From Chrysomallon squamiferum (taxonomy: Eukaryota > Animalia > Mollusca): 64,000 bases of DNA. Made by a program: the position numbers and the translations under genes. Positions 1 through 12,403 of the stretch are shown piece by piece. The stretch's first letter is position 1, and every line of letters starts with the position of its first letter. The stretch lies in the NCBI GenBank assembly GCA_012295275.1, contig CM022670.1, forward strand, positions 11,780,001 through 11,844,000. The letters run 5' to 3'. A model generated the notes under the pieces. That model ran no database searches and was not told where the DNA came from. It worked only from the letters and a program-made list of their open reading frames with translations.

Positions 1-420
1 TGTTGTTGTTGCTGTTGTTATTATTACTGTCATTGTTATTGTTGTTGTTGTTATTATTATTATTAATATTATTATAGTATAATTATTCAAATTATTATTA
101 TGATTATATAAAGAAAATAATATAAAAGTTGATTTCTAGCAGCAACAACCAAAATAAAGTAAAAAAATTTAAAGTTGGTTTTGTGATAATATTTTCTCAC
201 AATTATAATTATAGTGACATATGAATCAAAATGTCGATCTTTAAAAAAAAGATTTTTATGCAGGAACATTTTTCATATCCATTGTCTCAAAACTGGGTTC
301 TAGTCACACTGAAATTTCCCCAAACTGAACAATTGCCATTGTCCTGTGATTTTTCAAGTATCTGAAAATATATGAAGCTGAACAGCACTCCAAGCAAACT
401 TATTAATCTTGTCTCAACAA

Positions 421-457
<37 letters not shown>

Positions 458-1900
458 ACTATTATTATTATTATCATTGTATTTATTATTATTATTATTA
501 TTACTATTATTATTACTAACTGTTATTAGCTTTAAACATTTTGAGATGAACTGTACAGTGACACTGATTTAAAAAAGTTTCGTTGTAACGAAGTTCTGTG
601 AAGTTACCGTTACTTCTCTCTCAGTGTGTATTCTACTAACGGTAGTTTTGAACAGATTATGTTCAGTCTGTTTAGGTTATCTGCTTTAGACCAGTTTATT
701 TAGGTTATCTCTTTGTTCATGAGAACTTCCCGTGTTTTAACGTCCGTGACACACCCTTCAGTCACCCATCAGCACTACCACATACCTAACAATACCTGTA
801 TTTACCTGTTGCAGGTAACAGATACATTTATTTCAGGTAAGGTCTGTCAACAACAGGTGACTCTGCGGGTATTGTTCCTTCTTTCATCTGTGAGTTTACA
901 CTCTGATAATGAATTAGTATTTACAATATATTGAATTCTCATGTACACACTGTTATCCTGGCTGGTCGTTCAGTCTGAGATAAAGTGTGTAGGGCTACAA
1001 GTTTAGACCCGATAAACATCTTTGTAATTTAATATATTTATTGTTATTTTGAAGAAGAAAAACCCCCATCTCTTTATCACTTGTTACAAATGACAAAAAC
1101 AGTATTTTTTTTTTTTTTTTTACCCATATTAAATTTGACAGGTGAAAGAAATATTTTCCTCATCACATCAGCATGATGTAAGTAAATAGCGTATAATTTC
1201 CTTATTGATAGGAATATCCACACAAGAGCTATTTAATTTTTTTTTTTTGAATTGTATTTTTATTTTTTTTTTTTTTTTATCATTGACTGATGGTAAGATT
1301 GATTCTGTGATTGTAGTGTCCTGTTCATGTTTGGACATGTTCCAAGTCTGGACACCTGGGTTTATCAGTCTTGTTACGTGTTTTATCACATCTGGTACAA
1401 AATAAATAATTCACAGTGAAATATTCAACAAACTTTCTGTGTGATGTGTACACAGTATTTTCTACTATTACAGTAGTAAAAATAAGTACCAACAGAAAAA
1501 AAGAAACATACACAGTGTGTCTCAGAATGAGGTTTGTAGATGTAAGGGCTGTTACCCCAGGATTTCAGGGTGTGAATACAACAGACATGACAAAAAAAAT
1601 TTCAGCTGTTTCTTCACATTAGTATTTATTATATTGACATTGCAGAGCAGTAATCTATCTCTCAGATAGTTTTTTTTTTTTTTTTTTTTTTTTTTTTCTG
1701 TTGAAAATTAATAATAAAGATTCTGAAGATTTTCAACTTTTTCATTTAATGTTTCCTTTAAAAGATGATTTGATTGTTTTAAAATTTAAAAATATAAAAA
1801 TTCATTTGAAATATAAAATAACTACAATGTGGGAAGAACACTGTTAGTTTATATTAATAAATGGTCTTCCTTAAAAAATCTGTTACAGTTATCTTTCAGT

Positions 1901-1982
1901 ATTTTAATTAAGGAGAATAAATTTTAATTAGTTAATTAGTTGACCACAAAACCAGTCTGTCTGTCTGTCTGTCTCTGTGTGT
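1901..1982. repeat. ~75-bp dispersed repeat, inverted relative to the copy at ~5711-5780
   Basis: Reverse complement of 1901-1980 (acagagacagac...actggttttgtggtcaactaattaactaattaaaatttattctccttaatt) matches 5711-5778 (cacagagacagacatactggttttatggttaactaattaactaattaaaatttattctccttaatt) with few mismatches. Confidence 0.8.
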
Positions 1983-2594
1983 GTGTGTGTCTTTTTGTAA
2001 ATCCAAAATACTAATTAATTTAATATGTAATGATTATGAATTATAAGAAAAAAAAAAAAAAAATTGAAAAAAAAAAAAAAAAAAAAAAATTAACACAGAT
2101 AACAGCATCAAAATACACTTTCAAAATATATATACTGCATTTAATATTAATGGGATTTTGATTTAAAAAAATCAGTCATTTAAATGGCTTCTGTCTTGAA
2201 AAGTAATTTAAAAAAAAAAAAATCTGGCAGTTGTTATCATAATGCCCCATATTGGTTTTCTTACAGTTTTGAAACATTAGGTTATTATTTGTCTATGTCT
2301 GTAATTACTATTAAAACAATGCCTTTCACACTAAAATAATTTATAATAATAAAATGTTCACCTAACACTTTCTGAGGACAGTTATAGATGCAGCCTTTAC
2401 TTTATTTGTAATATATAGTCATAAGGATAGAACTACCAAAAAAAAAAAAAAAATAAAAAAAAAAAATATATATATATATATATAAAATAAATAAAATAAA
2501 ATGAATAACAATAAGTAAAAGGATAACACAAAGATTTTAAAATCTTTTTTCTATTTCTATTCCATCAGCACAACATAAAAGAAATAATAATAAC

Positions 2595-2638
<44 letters not shown>

Positions 2639-3924
2639 CAAATCTAATTGAAAACTAGTTTTTGTTTTTTTAATTTAATTTGAAAAAGAAAGGTTATTCA
2701 GACTTAATGACAAATTAAAAATTAAAAACTCTGTTAAACATAATTAGCATATATAAGAAATTTTGACTGTTGTTAATTTATGGAATGAACACTTTATTGT
2801 CTGACATCCAATTTCGAATTTTAGAAAAATAGATCAAAGGTAGATAACTCCACTTTTCACCAGTAGAAAAGGCGTGTAGTCTTTGTAGCATTTATTGATA
2901 AATAGTAAAATACTTAAAAGATTATATATATTTTTTATTCGTAAAATATATTTTGTTTTTAAAGCAAATATTCAAATTTATATATTCTTTTGAAATATTT
3001 TTTAATCTAGAATTTTAATAACATATTTCCATCAAAGGGATTTTTTTTTATAACAGTAGAATTCAGTATCCATATTTATTAAATATCGTTTGATCTCAGG
3101 CCAGTACTATCTCATTTCTGCTATTATAATTTTACTAAATATTTCAAAAAAGAAAAACACAACAATATTTAAATATTTTTATTTCATTTAAAATGCCTTT
3201 AATAATAATGTTGAAAAAATTATAGTTCTCAAAAAATAAAAAAATAAAAAAAAAAAGAAAGAAAAAAGCTGACAAAGACTTAGCTATTATTGTACTGTTT
3301 TACAAACTCTGTACGACATAAAACAACAACAACAAAAAATTTAAATGAGAATATAATTTGATGTCAGGAAGTCAACACACTTGGAAAACATGAACTTTAA
3401 AAAACATAACAGCTGGGCATATTAACCATATCACATCCAAGTAACATTAACGTAATGCTTAAAACCACGGCTATAACAACAGTCTACTCTTCTCAACATA
3501 CAATATAACAATTACATCACTGATCACAACCATTCAGCTATTTGAAACTTCTGAAATGCTAAGCTCACTGCCGATTCACATCCAAAATGACGGGCTAATA
3601 TTTCTTAAATAAATAAATTAAATAAAAAACAAGCTACGAGGTTTTCTACTTTGTGCTTTGCATTGAAAACAGAACGAACAAAACAAATATAATAAACAGA
3701 CATATGCAGTACTCACTTTACCATAAAAACCCTCGCTTGCATTGAAAGTGCAGCAGTACTCATAATTTTTATGATATACCCATTTATGAAATTTAAAATC
3801 TTGGATTATTTTTAAATTTCAATGGAATGCAGATGTCTGCAAAAATGGTTTGAAATAAATATACACAATTCTCAAAACAATCTAGAAAAAGCTATCAATG
3901 TTTATGAAAAAAAAAAATAATAAT

Positions 3925-3961
<37 letters not shown>

Positions 3962-5314
3962 CAACAAACAGGGGTTAACACAATTCAGATCTCTTTCAGT
4001 TAGATGCTTTTTCTTTTCAGATCATTATTAATGGATTCCAGAATATTCTTAAATTCCTGACTAAATAGAATTATAGGGAGCTGTCGTCTCATATTCATAA
4101 TCAGAAAAAAAAGAACGCATATATATGTAAGAAAAACATTTTCAATTTTGTTGTGCAATTATAAATAGGAATTTTTTTTTTGTATGTTAAAAAAATACTG
4201 AAATGTAAAAAATATATATATATAAAAAAAATGTCTTCAAATTCTACAGCTAAACACTGTAAGAAAGCAAAAACTTAGTAAGTAGATGGACATCTTAATG
4301 AAATATCTCATACTGTACACCAAGGTTTTAATAAACATATAAATAAATAAATAAATAAATATCTTACTGTCATATCATACACTCTACTCAATTTTACAAA
4401 AAGCTTTACAGCAAGTACATTTTTAAAAATAATACTAATAATGTAAACAGCAAATCAAAAAGAATTATAATAAACTTGTAGATTCTCAAAAAGTCAGACA
4501 GTCTGTATGATAAGAATTACCAAGTGAAATTTTCACCCATTATAACTTCTGATCTTCAAGGATTATTAAATTACAGTTATTGCTTTTAAAAGGAAAATTA
4601 AAATAAATATTTAATAAATACTTACTGAAAATATTTGTGGAATGTAGTGTAAAAAAATATTAATCTGTATTGTTTAGGAGAAGAAGCAATAAGTAGATGT
4701 AGGATCAGTCTATTTCTACAATCTATTTCCCATTCAAGTCAGAGCTCTGCAGTTGTTTTAACAAAGGATATAATATATGCCATCTTTTTTTTAATGAGAA
4801 TAAAGGATCCTGTGATGATAGATAGAAAAAGAATAACTGATGCAATATAGAGTGAATGTTTTAACAAATTATAATCATTAAAAATTAGATTTAAAATTTG
4901 AACTATGATGAATTCTGGATTAAGTTTAGAATCTAATAATCCATGAAAATTCTCCCAGTAACATTTGATTTTGAGTTTGTGAGTGATAATTCAGATGGTA
5001 ATTCTTTTAGCTACAATGTAAAATTGAATGATTCCCAGAACTGTATATATATATCTGCATTCATTTTTATATTTCAGTAAAAATAGTAATAGAATAAAAT
5101 TTGCATTACTGATAAAAACCAAGAATGATATTTTAAATAAAATTGTTTATAATGCAATGAACAGGTTCACTTAATAAATCCATTATCTTAAACAGTTCCC
5201 TTCTATCACAATTCACATTGATAAGCACTAGCGAAATTTACTGTATGTAAAAAAAAAAATATATATATCTGGAGGAAATAAAATGAATAGTTCCATTTTA
5301 CTGGACAACAGTAA

Positions 5315-8300
5315 TCACATTGAAAACAGTTTCATGAAGTTCTCAGGAGAAAGTTCTTTTGAGACAGTTTCTCCATCTTTTACACACGGGTGACCAAGAG
5401 ACTGAAAAAAAGTGAAAACAAATTTGTATTTTATTTTTTTTTTCTGATCTAAAATATGATAAAAGTTCACTAAAAACTGTGACATATTAAAATTTATCTG
5501 TGATGATGTAATGAAAAAGATGTGAACATCAAAAATTTGGCATTAAAATCTAAAGCATTAAAATTTACATTAAAAGACTGTTAAAAATTTGATATTAATA
5601 TTAACACACCTTACATGATGATGTAAGACACACACATGGACAAACACACACATACAAACAGACACAGACACACATACATACACACATAGAGACAGACACA
5701 TACATTCACACACAGAGACAGACATACTGGTTTTATGGTTAACTAATTAACTAATTAAAATTTATTCTCCTTAATTATAATATTAAAAATGTGTAAATAC
5801 TGTGATGATGGACAAACCTGCCAGAAAATGCTGCTGCAGTAGGAACAAAGCGCTAACGTGTCTGCAAATGTATCTTTTCTCCCGAAACGTCTGAATTAAA
5901 TAAACCAAATTAACAGCCACAGTGATACTGCTTAAATCTTTTTATCACACTGAACATTCCTTCATATACAATTTCAGTCATAACATAACCCACATTTATT
6001 AACTCTCAAAAAAAAAAAAAATATTAATAAAAAGCTTAATTTACATTTATTACAATTGTCAAGAAAAAAATATTTGAAGAGATAAACATGTGTCATTTTT
6101 TTTTTTTAAACTTGCAATTATAAATGATTTTTGGTGAGAGGTTTTTTAATTTTTTGTTGTTTAAATAATGAATGTGGAGACTTACTTGTAGCACCGCTTG
6201 TATATGTACTTCCAGTCCACCTCTCGGACATCTCTGGACTCAGGAAGGAAGGTGACGAGCTGTTTGTCGGTGAAATGAAAGAAGCACAGCTGTCGCCATA
6301 ACAACATTTCCTGAGACAGGTCGTAGATGGTGCTGTTTGTTTGAGCGGTGCAGATCACATCTTTGTGGTCGACGAGACATCGGAGGATGCAGCGGATGCA
6401 GTCGTCTGGCAGGTCACTGAAGGTCACTCCGCCATCATCTTCACGCTGAGGTTCAGAAAATTGTATTTCGTTACCAAGGAGACTATTGTTTTGCCAGATT
6501 AAGTTAGTAGTTGTTTCCATTTTCAAGACAAGTGACAAAATGTGTGTTTTTTTCAGACATTGAACCTTGCTAGAATATTTTTAAAAGTGAAATTAAGTAG
6601 TAGTAGTTAAAATTAAAAAGAAGTAGCTCTTGAGTACTGTTTATGAGTATCAAGGCCTCCCTATGGCAAAATATTATTAACACAGATGATTATTATTTAA
6701 TTATATTTTGTACTCTCTATACCTTTTTAATACTAGTATTCATATTAATTTTTCATTTTAAATTTTAAATTTGAATTTGATTTATGAAAATTTTTGTAAT
6801 ATTTCTATTATTCGTGCACTGGATTTGTAACAAAGAAAAGACAACCCATGCAAGTTAAGTGGCAGTTCATCTTCATTATTAACATAATAATTTACTCTGT
6901 TTTTACATCACCATTTAAACGAATTTTGTTTTAAATTCCAGATCCTGTTTACACTTCACCTGTTTAATCTGGAACTGGTTCAGTTTGTTAACCAACTTCT
7001 TCACAGTGTCTTCGTGCTGGGACCAGAGACAGGAGCTGCCGATGTGGTTGATGTGTCCCTCCCTCAGAGCGTTCTCTGTCGCAAGCAGCAGGTCTCGCAG
7101 TGTCCCAATGTTAAACTCAGTCTTCATTGCTTTGAAAAATTTAAATTAAATAAACTATATAATGTTTTTTCAAATCATGTAGGTCGAATGTAATATTTAA
7201 TCAATATTAAAATCAAAACTTAAAAAAAATTAAAAAAACTTTTTTTTTTTTTTTAAAGTTTTAGTAGTTTTACCTTTATAATAAAACATGAAAACAGTCA
7301 AAAATTTCTAACCAATGTTTTTAATTTTTATGTTTCAATAAAATAATCTAAATTTAAAAAGTAGTTTTTGAATAGTGATTTAAAAACAGTTATTAACCAT
7401 GATTTAGCAGAGCTTCAAGAATTGTGAAGACGTTTTTCTGAGCTGTGCCACTGAGATCTGCCAGTTTGGATTTCATAATGATCTGTAACAACTGAAAATG
7501 AAAAAATAACAGTAACTGCATGTAAAATACAGATAACCTGCAGTTATTTTATGAAGTATATTTGTTGATGGGTATGTTGGAAATTTCAAAACATACAGAA
7601 TAATGATGTTATTAAACAAACTACATAAATATATTTTAAATATTAGAAATTATTTAAATTTTTGTATCATCATTCAATTTATAAGTATTTACATTCCATC
7701 ACCACCAAAATTTCAGTATTTGTATTGTTGTTTTTTTTAGGGGGTTTTCAGGGGACAGGATCTTTTTGGTGTGGTTTCATTGAATATTATCAAATGTACA
7801 AAGTTTAGGATGTAATAAATTTTTAATTTTAGGAATCTAAAAGCAAATATGGACAGAAAAAAAAAAAAAAAATAATAATAATAAAAATAATAATTCAAAA
7901 AATCTTTACTGCTGCAAAATACCTTGCAAACAAAGTTGAATCTGCGAATATCTTTGACTGCTCCAGCCATGTCAAGTCTGACTAGTGCCTCACTCAAACT
8001 GATAAGTTCTTTTCTCTGTAAAACCATCAGACAACTTTGAATGTTTATTTTATATTATAACCAAAAATTAGTCAGTACAAGAGTTTCTTCAGTTTAAACA
8101 TTATAATCCCGTAATCCTGATAATGGGATGCACTAGTTTAGAATGAAGGTTTGTTAATTAAGTTAGTGTAAGATCTGAAAGTTTCTGTTGAATCTTATTT
8201 TTATTTAGTAAATTAAATATCTGAAGACCAGTAAGTGTCTGTTGTCAACATGTGACATCTGTAAAAGTTTTTCTCATTAATAATTGTAGTACATCTCTAT

Positions 8301-8317
8301 GAATTGAAATTTTTCTG

Positions 8318-8358
<41 letters not shown>

Positions 8359-8520
8359 AAAAATAAATAAATAAATAAATAAATATAAAAAAAATTAAAA
8401 AATAGAAAAAATAGAAAATATTCCAATAAAATAAAAACAAATTAAAATAAAATAAAATAAATAAAATGAAATAATTAAAATTTAAAAAAAATAATAAAAT
8501 AAAAATTTATAAAACAGTAA

Positions 8521-8551
<31 letters not shown>

Positions 8552-9422
8552 GTAGATAAGTAGATAAATAACTAAAATAGAAAAAAGTAAAAAAGTAAAA
8601 AAATAAACAAATAAATAAAAAATAAAAATGTGTATCTTCTTTAACCTCCTTTGACACTCCTTTGTTGTACTGTATGTATGGACGCCGTCTTTCTAGCAGG
8701 TAGGTCTTATCAGCATCTGGGAGTGCAAGACGAATAATTCTGAAAGAAAACAGACAAAGCAGTAAAAACAATGAAAGTGATTCCTGTTAAACACTGTACT
8801 TAAAAAAGCAGCTGAGGCTACTGAGAGTTCTGCATTTTTATAACTGCTATTTTATATATATATATATTACTGTCAAGAATCTTACTAAAATTTAAAAATT
8901 GTTATATATGAATTAAAATATGAATTATTTCAAATGATCAGTTTACCATAACATGAAAAGAACTGAAATAGGGAGTACAGTCACCCTCTCCCTTTCTGAA
9001 AAACAGATAATGCCCCTCCCCACCCCCTGAATAACAATCCACCAGAAAAAAAAAAAAAAAAAAACTTTCCTAATATGAAAAGAAGGAATTACCTTATCCT
9101 GATTGATGGTGGCAGTTCTGTCTGGGATGAGAATAAATGTTTTTATTTATTTAAAAGTAGCAGAAAAGCCTTTCAAAAACTAATGGCAGTGGATTTTCGT
9201 ATCCCCTATTCTCAAACTAAGAAACCATTGTTCTAATTAAATGAGAACAGTAGAGGAAAATGGAAATAAATATAAACTGAACTGAAACAACATTGATGTA
9301 AATAAATAAAAACAGCAAAGGAAAATTAAAACGCAAATGAAAAGGGGCAAAAAAAAATAAAAAATGTTTTATATATATATATAACTGATAAAACAACAAA
9401 ATGAGAGGAAAAAAAAACAAAG

Positions 9423-9453
<31 letters not shown>

Positions 9454-10326
9454 GTTTTCTTTTATAAAAAGGGCATTGTCCAGCAGGTTATTATCTGTAG
9501 GATGAAATGTCAATGACTTGGACAAAAATTCACAAAAGAAAATAATACTTGGACGTACATATACCATATACATATAAATAACTTATACATAATATTTTGC
9601 GTTGTTTAAGTTGTTTTTGGGGGGAAATAAACGTAATACAAAATGTTTATGTTGTATGATCCACTTTCATGAATATAATTTCCTTTCCCCCCACCTTTTT
9701 CTTTTTCTTATATTTTCTTTTCTTTTCTTTATTATTATTATTTAATTAGTTATTATGGGTTTTCTTCTTCTTCTTCTTTTTTTATTTCTTTTATGTAGAG
9801 AAACGTTTACACATCCACTCCAGCATCTAATACTTTTGTTTGTTGTTATGTTTGTGTTTTCTTCTTTGCTCACTCAAACCAGCAGTTATTGCGTATCATG
9901 TAACGTACAGAAAGGCAGTCTATTGGATATGAGGTCAGAAACAAAAAAAGTTCACTTGGTCTGCTACTGATATGAAGAACTCAAGCAGATTACTAACTGT
10001 TCGGTGCGATTAGGCAGTTACTATTTTTAGTAATGACATAATAATTGTTCATTCACTGCACTAGTGTTTCGATGTTGAAAATACTGTATAGAACTGCAAG
10101 TTGTCTATTGCTATCAACTTTACACACAAATCAAGTGATGAATTTAAAACAAAAAGCAGAACGAAAAAAGAGAATGTCTATGTATTATTAATTCTCACCT
10201 GGCTATCACATTTTCATTGAGATTCTCGAATACTTTTAACCTCCACAGCCTCAGTTTTTCCCATCCTTCTGTCGTCCGGACCCATTCATCTCCGGGAGAG
10301 CGCCAGTCGCGCCCAAGGAACGGCAT
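5315..10326 (-). CDS. FBXO32: F-box only protein 25/32 (atrogin-1/MAFbx-like), 8 coding exons
   Basis: N-terminus [24 protein letters not shown] matches the FBXO32/25 signature MPFLGQDWRSPG. Exons with GT-AG boundaries at about 10326-10199, 8739-8646, 8015-7923, 7491-7398, 7129-6960, 6448-6186, 5891-5818, 5401-5315. Contains [20 protein letters not shown]-box [24 protein letters not shown], and C-terminal [16 protein letters not shown]...[12 protein letters not shown]. Likely co-ortholog of FBXO25 and FBXO32. Confidence 0.93.
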
Positions 10327-10389
10327 AGTAATATTATTTTAAAATAATGTCTAATCCTTTGTAACAATTAATTGTACTACGCACTGTTT

Positions 10390-10750
10390 TAGTGTTTACG
10401 AACATATGTAAACATCCAGATCCACGGACTGAACATTTTCGCTGATTTGATTGGTTAATTCAACTGGCTAGCAGAAGATCATTAGACGATATTCTGCCAG
10501 CTTCAGTCACGTGGCAATGTTTATGTTTACTTGATCAGCTGTTCGCTGTCTGCGATACTCATTTCATGTTTGACCGAAATACAGAAAGACGAGCCGTTTT
10601 CAGTTAATCTATGTTAATGGCACTGAACTGAAAGAAAGGGGGCACCTTATTTTATTTTGTAAAATATCTGTTTTATGGCCAAGTGCAAAATTAGAGTTTT
10701 AAAATTATTATATCTATAGTAATTAAATGTTAATGTATATTGTTTACTGG
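10390..10750. promoter_or_regulatory. Upstream region of FBXO32 (divergent to SELENOP) with a forkhead/FOXO site cluster, E-box and CCAAT box
   Basis: TGTTTAC at 10393, 10524 and 10741 (the last as full TTGTTTAC); GTAAACA at 10408; TGTTTAT at 10518; GTCACGTG at 10506; ATTGG at ~10450. Function is inferred from motif consensus only. Confidence 0.55.
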
Positions 10751-11009
10751 TATAATTCGTTTAATTAACTGCTCCTTTTTTTTTCTTTTTTTTTCTCCTA
10801 TTTTTATTTTATTTTTATTTTTAATGTGAAACGTTTTATATTTCTTCTTACATTTCTCACATCTAAAGCTGTAAATATCTGCCTAGTTATAGCTATAATA
10901 GTCACTAAACCTATTTCAACTGAACATTCTAGTTACATTTTTGTCATTACGTTTTCCTCATTGGTAATTATTTAATATATTTGTCTTTTTTTTAGTTTAT
11001 TAAATATAT

Positions 11010-11046
<37 letters not shown>

Positions 11047-11434
11047 GATTCTCTTTTTTTTCCCCCAGATACTACTCGTGTTCCAAGTAAGGCTTTTGTC
11101 AGTAGCCCATATAAAATAAAACAAATATCTGCGGCGGTCAACTTTTTAAAAGTTTTATTTATTTAGTTTTTATAACTGTATTTATGATAACTGAGATCGG
11201 AATACCCACCGTTTGCAAACAACAACAGCTACCATTAACTGAATAATTTGTTGTTACATATGTAATATTTGACACAACTTACAATAGTTATTCTTTATTT
11301 CTTCTCTTTTTAAAAAGTATTATTATTACAGTTGTTAACTATTGTTGTTTCAGTTGTTACTATATTTTCATTACAGTATTTAATGATTATCATCATCATC
11401 ATCATCATCATCAATTTAAACTTTAGACTGTTAT

Positions 11435-11506
<72 letters not shown>

Positions 11507-11958
11507 ACAGATTCAGGTTATCAGATAGTGTTACATTGTTCGTTAGAATGATACTCTGTCCTAATTTGGGTGGTATGACAACAGGTCAAGGATTTCTGCA
11601 GTATATATTTAAGCTGTGCATTCATTCGTTAGTGTCGTTGTAACTTTCTGCCTATTTTTGTGAGAGACGAGCTCCGGTAAGGTCGAACCTAAACGTACCA
11701 GCCAAAGAGAAGTAAGTTTTTTTTATTTTATTTTCTTTACGTCTAATGTATATAATCTCTTTAACTTGTCGTTTCCCCAATTTCATATTGCAAGTTTATT
11801 TACTTATTTTTTATTTGTTTGCTTTTGTTTGTTTATTACTTTTGTTGTAATTTTCTGTCTTTTGCAACTGCCATTTTGAAAACCAAAATGGGTGATGTAA
11901 CATTTGTCAGGATATTATTTTCATGGTTTTTATTTCAACTTTCAGACGCTTTTCAGAA

Positions 11959-12328
11959 ATGCAGGGCCTACGGGCGCTGCTGGGTTTGGTAGCCATCGCC
12001 GCCTGTCTCCCGGGCTCCCTGGGTGACCAGTGCCAGAGACTTCCATCTTGGTCTCTGGGCGGGGTCAGCCCTATGGAAGAGGCTCGAGGCAGGGTGACAG
12101 TGGTGGCTCTACTCAAATCTAGCTGATCCTTTTGTAGAAATCAGGCCGTAGGGTAGGTTGTTTTTTTGTTTTTTTCTTGATTAGAAGTTGATAATTAGGT
12201 ATTTTTATCTTTTTTCTTAATATATTTTGTTATTTTGGATGCTGACTAAGCACCTATTTATTTAAAATTTGATTTTTTAATTTTTAAATCAAAGTCATTA
12301 TTCTGCAGATAATCATATCTTCACAAAA

Positions 12329-12359
<31 letters not shown>

Positions 12360-12369
12360 AGAAAGAAAG

Positions 12370-12403
<34 letters not shown>

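Noticed and set aside
1-1700. Short ORFs with poly-L/I/F runs at the window start
   Set aside because: Products of (ATT)n and poly-T tracts; no splice-consistent coding signal or recognisable motif.
9093-9121. Possible 29-nt minus-strand cassette exon in FBXO32 intron 1 (cccag|...AAG|gtaatt)
   Set aside because: Flanking exons already join in frame; 29 nt would frameshift; no homology support. Could only be revived by RNA-seq junctions.
12124-12126. TGA as the true stop of a 67-aa ORF, and likewise TGA at 13523
   Set aside because: SELENOP homology continues past 12126 (UxxC, in-phase splice), and a SECIS is present; both are best read as Sec.
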